NCBI GenBank assembly: GCA_918797485.1
Contig: CAKKNE010000006.1
Span: 62,001-126,000 of the forward strand
Length of the DNA: 64,000 bases
Direction of reading: 5' to 3'
From: Pelagomonas calceolata
Lineage: Eukaryota
The notes under the pieces were generated by a model. The model was not told the DNA's origin, ran no database searches, and saw only the letters and a program-made list of their open reading frames with translations. The translations under genes and the position numbers were made by a program. Below, in pieces: positions 59,093 to 64,000 of the stretch; the stretch's first letter is position 1; the number at the start of each line of letters is the position of its first letter.

Positions 59093-59116
59093 CCTAGCGG
59101 CCTGTAAGGCACTAGC
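59093..59116 (-). promoter_or_regulatory. CTAG-bounded upstream motif
   Basis: CCTAGCGGCCTGTAAGGCACTAGC midway between divergent starts 58884- and 59303+. Confidence 0.7.
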
Positions 59117-59302
59117 AAAGTCAAAGACCGCAAAAACCAGCTGCCTGGGCGCGCTTGTGGCCCATTGACACGTGCAGGAGCTTCTCGACAGCGTCTTGTC
59201 CCGGCTTGATTCGCTGCGGCCATCGGTGAGCCGTCTCCCCGCCCGGGAAGAGCATCTCCAACCGGAGAGCATATTTACAGCCTCCCACTGCACGCACGCT
59301 AG

Positions 59303-60248
59303 ATGGCCTCGCTCCTCAACTGGTTCGGCGCGAGCAAGCCCGCCGCGCCGGCGGCGCCGCCCGGCCGGTGCCTGAAGCGAGTAGCAAGAGATGTGGCGAC
59401 AATCCGACGCGACCACGCGACGAACCTCTTCGCCGAACAAAGGGAGGCCGTGGCGACGACGGTGGACTGCGTCGTCTGTGGCCCGGAGGGCACGCCCTAC
59501 TACGGCGGCCTCTTCCATTTTCGCGTCGAGCACCCGCACAGCTACCCCGTCGAGAACCCGACGTGCACGAACCTGACGACGGGCCAGGGCCGCATCGGCT
59601 TCAACCCGAATTTATACAGGACGGGCAAGGTCTGCATGTCCATCCTCGGCACGTGGGTCGGGCCGGGGTGGAACCCCTCGCATTCTCTCTCGAGCGTGCT
59701 CCTGTCGATCCAGTCGCTGATGAACGACCAGCCCTACTGTGCGCATCTCGGAGTCCCTTCACGCCATCGCCGCGACGTCTGATCGGTGGCGCGCCGTCGA
59801 CCACGCCATGCGCGCAGGCAACGAGCCCGGCCGCGAGGGCGTCGCGCGCGACGACCCCAACAATAAGGCCTACGACGCCTTCCTCAAGTACGCGACGCTC
59901 AAGTTCGCGTGCGTCGACGTCCTGGACCCGGCCAAGGCGACGAGCGCCGAGCCGCTGCCGGCGGCGGCGAAGCGGTTCTGCGCCGAGCGCTTCCTCGAGC
60001 GCTACGACAAGATCATCGAGATGGTCGACGCTGAAATAAAAGCTGGTACGTCCGGCCGGCTCAAAGATCCCTCGCGCGCGTCGGCGCTCGGCCTCGGGCC
60101 GGTGGACTACAAGGGCCTCCGCGTCGATCTAGCGAAGCGGAAGACGGAGGCCGAGAAGCTGCTGGAGGCGGAGGACAACGACGACGACGAGGAGCCCGCG
60201 GTCGAGGCGAAGGAGGAGCCGTCGACGCCGCCGCGGGAAGCGCCGTGA
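59303..60248 (+). CDS. UBE2Z: Ubiquitin-conjugating enzyme E2 Z-like; intron 59739-59817
   Basis: GPEGTPYYGGLF, FNPNLYRTGKVCMSILGTW, SIQSLM..PYCNEPG after splicing. Confidence 0.85.
59737..59817 (+). mobile_element. Old introner-like intron
   Basis: Termini CTGTGCGCAT/ATGCGCGCAG (9 of 10 inverted match) and CACGCCATCG words; no TSD. Confidence 0.5.
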
Positions 60249-60311
60249 ATGGCGATGTGAGTGATGTAAGAAACTTGAAATACGAGGAGGGGGGGATGCT
60301 TCGAGAGGGGT

Positions 60312-60788
60312 TCACTTCTTTTGGGGGGGGTAAGCCGGCACGTACGCCGGCCCGCCGTACTTGTCGGCGGGGAGCGCCTCCATGAAGGCCGTGAACTTGG
60401 CCGGTCCCGGCTTCGCGTGCCAGTCGAACTTGGCTTCGGCGCGCGGCTCGGCTTCCGGCGCGGGCGCTTCGACGCGCGGCTCGGCGGCCTCGGCCGGAGC
60501 CGCGCTCGGCTCAGCATCCGCGTGCGACTCGACCTCGGCGGTCGCGGGCGAGTCGGCGCGCGGCTCGGCGCCGGCGGGCTCCGGAGCCTCGCTCAGCTCA
60601 GCGTCCGCGCTCGGTTCGGCCTCGGCGGGCGGCGACGCTTCCGCGCTCGGCTCGGCTGGAGCCGCGATCGGCTCGGCGTCCTCGCTTGGCTCGGCCTCGG
60701 CGGGCGCGGGGGAGTGCCAGGCGGCGCCGGCGGCTCTTCGGCGCGCGGCCGCCGCTTCGAGAGCGTCGACGGACTCGCGCGATGACAT
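60312..60788 (-). CDS. Low-complexity Ala/Glu/Pro repeat protein
   Basis: AEP repeats with a short aromatic C-terminus. Confidence 0.55.
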   Translation of the reverse strand: MSSRESVDALEAAAARRRAAGAAWHSPAPAEAEPSEDAEPIAAPAEPSAEASPPAEAEPSADAELSEAPEPAGAEPRADSPATAEVESHADAEPSAAPAEAAEPRVEAPAPEAEPRAEAKFDWHAKPGPAKFTAFMEALPADKYGGPAYVPAYPPQKK

Positions 60789-61067
60789 GATATATGGTGA
60801 CCGTGGTGTCGTGTGAGCAGAGTCTGGGGCGGGAGCCTCCCGAAAACAGCAAAAACAGACAAATAGTGCTCGTCAGTTGGCTCGAAAGAGCAATGGATGT
60901 CGGGGCGCGGTGGCGGTGATGTCTACTACGGGGCGGTTTGATCGACGTACCTCGTTCAAGGTGCGCGGTCAAGATTTTGCTTTTTTTTCGGCTGGGAAAA
61001 CCCGTGCGAAAAGCAGAAAGCGTCCACCTAGACCTCCAGCAGACCGCGAAGTCACAGACAAACACTA

Positions 61068-62306
61068 TTAGTCCACAAGCAGTTCACGCACGACGTCGTC
61101 CAACACCCCGTCCGCCTTCAGCAGAGCTGCGACGTCGTGCTCGTCGCCGGCGTGCGCGACACGGGTCGCGCCGGGAGGCAGCGCCGCGGCGTGTGCCGCG
61201 TCGCGCGCGTGGCCCGCGCAGAAGTGGACGCTTATTGGAATACGCCGCCGGAGCGCGCGCTCCACGGATCTGAGCAGGGGCCCCTCGACGTGGCGGCGCG
61301 CCGCGGCCGCGCACAAGTCCTCGCGGCCGACGTGAGGATCCTCCGCGAGATTCGTCACCTGCGGCGCCAAAGCGCACACGGCGTCGGCGTACTGCGCGTA
61401 GCGGAGCGCGGCAGACCCGCCCATGCTGTCGCCGACGAAGGCGACGCGGTCGTAGCGCCCTCTAAGCCCTCGCAGCACGCGCCGGAGCGCAGCGTCTCCC
61501 CTATAACGCCAGCAGGCCCCGCCCGTGTGCCACGACGCCGCCGGGTCCGCCGCAAACAATACGTCGAACTCCTGCTCCTGGGAGATGCGGTGCGCCGCGC
61601 CGCGCCACTCGTACCCGACGTGGCCGCGGCTCCCGAGGCCCGCGAAGGCCACTAGAATGGTATCGGCTCGGGATCTGCGTCGGTCGCCTCCATCGAAGCG
61701 CGGCGACCGCCTTATATCATCGGCGGCCACGAGGTCGTAGGCCACGTCGCCGCGCGTCTCGCGCGGCAGCGCGTGGAAGTGCTTCGCGACGGCGCGCTCG
61801 AGGCGGCGCGCGTCGGCGCCGTGGCCCCTGGCAGATAATGCAGCTCTTGAGAGCGCAAGCGCGTAGAGCACCCCAACGTGGTCGTCACAGGCCAAGTCAG
61901 GTGTTGCTTTTGAGATCGCGTCCGCGCACTCCCAGAGCAGCACGCCCTCAAAATCCGGGCTCCGCGTCGGCGTGAGCAGGTCGCGCCTTGCTGATTGTCG
62001 TCTTTCGACGAGCTCTTGGCTTTGTAGTGCTGCGAGGACGCTGTAAGCACTCGCCGTCGCCGTCGCGAGTGGGTTACTGCCGAGCGCGTCCAGTGCGTTT
62101 CGCGCTCGCGCGGCATCGTTGGCTCGCCAGAGGATCTCTCCGAATTTTGACGTGCTCCGAGCGTGTGGAAATGAGTCCTGCGGCAGTGGTGCGCCCGCGG
62201 CAGCGTTTTGCAGCAGGGAGAGCTGGCTCTGGAAAATGAGCTTGCTGTCACGCAGGGCTGGAATTCGTGGCAGAATCGATGCGAGCACGAGTTGTGCGAC
62301 TCTCAT
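61068..62306 (-). CDS. Alpha/beta hydrolase-fold protein
   Basis: LVAFAG, GDSMGG nucleophile elbow, downstream D and H candidates; start taken at MRVAQLVL. Confidence 0.75.
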   Translation of the reverse strand: MRVAQLVLASILPRIPALRDSKLIFQSQLSLLQNAAAGAPLPQDSFPHARSTSKFGEILWRANDAARARNALDALGSNPLATATASAYSVLAALQSQELVERRQSARRDLLTPTRSPDFEGVLLWECADAISKATPDLACDDHVGVLYALALSRAALSARGHGADARRLERAVAKHFHALPRETRGDVAYDLVAADDIRRSPRFDGGDRRRSRADTILVAFAGLGSRGHVGYEWRGAAHRISQEQEFDVLFAADPAASWHTGGACWRYRGDAALRRVLRGLRGRYDRVAFVGDSMGGSAALRYAQYADAVCALAPQVTNLAEDPHVGREDLCAAAARRHVEGPLLRSVERALRRRIPISVHFCAGHARDAAHAAALPPGATRVAHAGDEHDVAALLKADGVLDDVVRELLVD

Positions 62307-63378
62307 CTGTCGCCTCGCACGCTTGCATGCAGGAATTATGCCAGCAATGCGCCCCGGCCTGCCAAGCAAATTGATGCAGCAAACTAGACACACTAGCCTG
62401 ACCGCGATGAAAAAGCCTCCGCTGTGCGCGCGCGCCCCCCTAGCCACCCCGCGCACCCCGGGCTGCCCGCGACGTGCAGCGCCGCCCCTGTTAGCCCGGA
62501 AATGAGAGTTGCCCGCGTGAAAAATGGCCCAGAACCCGCTGAGCACGGCCTTCAGCTTGGGGGCTGCCTTAGCTGCCGCGTCGCGCCGCCGCCTGGCCTT
62601 CGCCCGACTTTTACCTTTCGCCCCTCTACCCCGTGGTGACGGCGCGGCGTTTCGGCGGGGGCTCCATCGTGAACGCGCACAGCCGGGGGGCTCCATCGTG
62701 AACGCGCACGGCCGGGTCAGCCGATCTTTCTTTCCGGGCGTCGCCGGCATGGCGCGCCTACTTTCTTTATCATTGGCGGGTCGAGCCCGGAACACGGACG
62801 GCACCCATCCTCGGGCATCGAGTGGTGCGCGTTCGGAGGTATCCGGCCCGTTTCCTGAAGTTCTGCCGCCGGCATGGCGGCGAGCCTCATCTGCCTGCGA
62901 CCGGACCGACCCTACGGAGCGGAGCCGGTCTCGACCTGGGAGGCGTTGGGGGCGGCGGCATGCCGCCCCCCGTAACCTTGGCCGCGCCAGCCGAGCTTTC
63001 GTAGGCCCTCCGAATCGCCGTGGCATCCATTGAACCCATTAGTTCCGTTCCGACGAGTTATTGTCAAGGGCCGTCTGGGCGGGTCGGAGCTCTCGCTCCC
63101 CGCTTCAGGATTGCTCGGCCTGGTGTGCGAGGGCATCTCTCTCACCACTTGATTTCCGGCTCGTCGTAAAAGAGGAGCCAGCGGCCAGTTCCACATCCTG
63201 ACGGGGGTCGTCCCAAAAGAAGGGGGGGCGTGCGAGTCCCTGTGACTCAGCCCTTGCGTCCTAGTCCAGCCGGACGGGTGGGCCCAGGGGGAGCGGGAGG
63301 GGTACGGGGAACCCTGCGACGTAACTAGCCTCAGCCTCAGACCGCCACGCGGTAATCGCCTCTGCGAGAACAGCAATT

Positions 63379-63822
63379 TTAAATTAGACTCCTCCCTTCA
63401 AAGTCCGTGTCCAGCAGGGACGGCATCTCGACGGCGGGCGCGGGCGCCGCGGCGCGGTCCGCCCGCCGCCGCACGCGCTCGTCGTGCGCGCCCGGCCCGA
63501 GGAAGTCCGTGTCCGCGGCGAGCAGCGACTGGCCCGACTCGACCTCGGGCCGCTTCGGTCGACACCGGTCGTACGCCAGCGTCGCGATCGACAGGAGGAG
63601 GATGAAAAAATAATACTGCGCGGCCTCGTAGCATTTCTCGGAGGCCTTGGCGGGCTCGTCGACGCCCAGCACATACAGGGGCTGCCGGTGGAGCAGGAAG
63701 CCGATCAGACTCAGGAACAGCACGCCGCTCGTCGCGAAGACGACGCAGCAGTTCGCGCAGGCGAGGCACCGCGGCGACGGGAACGCCGCGGCGGCGCGAG
63801 CGCCGGGGTAGGCCGTCGCCAT
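63379..63822 (-). CDS. RNASEK / V-ATPase subunit f-like small membrane protein
   Basis: CANCCVVFATSGVLFLSLIG...ASEKCYEAAQYY; two TM helices. Confidence 0.65.
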   Translation of the reverse strand: MATAYPGARAAAAFPSPRCLACANCCVVFATSGVLFLSLIGFLLHRQPLYVLGVDEPAKASEKCYEAAQYYFFILLLSIATLAYDRCRPKRPEVESGQSLLAADTDFLGPGAHDERVRRRADRAAAPAPAVEMPSLLDTDFEGRSLI

Positions 63823-64000
63823 CGATGCGTTCTCCCAGCGCTGCTGGACACGTTGCGAGTCAAGCTCGCCTCTCAGCCCAGGGTGCGGCGTTTTGCACCA
63901 GACTTCGCTGGCGCAGGGTGACAACGATAACAAAGACTGTGTCCGCCCTCTGTGCAGTTTGGCTCGATTTGTGGGCAGTACAGTGCCGGCAAAACCCTTG

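Noticed and set aside
3425..59116. CTAG motif copies as a CRISPR array or bacterial REP elements
   Set aside because: Copies are kilobases apart with no regular spacers or cas genes, and the DNA is eukaryotic.
62307..63026. N-terminal 240 aa of ORF 61068..63026
   Set aside because: Looks like an open non-coding frame; a signal-like start at 62306 and a weak upstream motif at 62384 fit better.
63320..63350. GGTCTGAG (minus strand) resembling RNase P RNA CR-I
   Set aside because: No matching CR-V partner found at a suitable distance.
1..64000. Autonomous transposase for the introners; tRNA or rRNA genes
   Set aside because: No DDE transposase, RT, cloverleaf or rRNA signature recognised in this window.

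Overview
Gene-dense, GC-rich eukaryotic DNA. It is probably a pelagophyte stramenopile alga such as Pelagomonas or Aureococcus; this is inferred from bipartite plastid-targeting leaders, GC3-rich codons and introner-type introns. About 38 protein genes can be supported, including an RRM protein, LPA1-like, a HOOK-like giant coiled coil, RRP15, AP2, SLU7, Tim21-like, a SthA-like flavoprotein, a PEMT fusion, a TxH MAPK, STIL-like, RPB11, AMT1, ULK4, NAC-beta, UBE2Z and RNASEK-like. Most other ORFs in the track are antisense or frame shadows. Two non-coding systems stand out. (1) Nine introns or intron-like inserts derive from two related families of short TIR elements (introners). Five retain an 8-bp target-site duplication whose GT acts as donor while the TIR supplies the AG, so splicing is scarless. 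(2) A 19-24 bp CTAG-bounded motif, GCTAGTGTCTTAC(N0-4)(C)GCTAGC, occurs 11 times, always upstream of gene starts and mostly in divergent promoters. Also notable: an orphan GPI-type exon behind a TSD-less introner, a Cys-rich gene bracketed by ~135-bp direct repeats, a ~220-nt structured element with a T7 tract, and SLU7 with its zinc knuckle apparently replaced by a Tudor-like domain. All family assignments are by eye, with no database searches.
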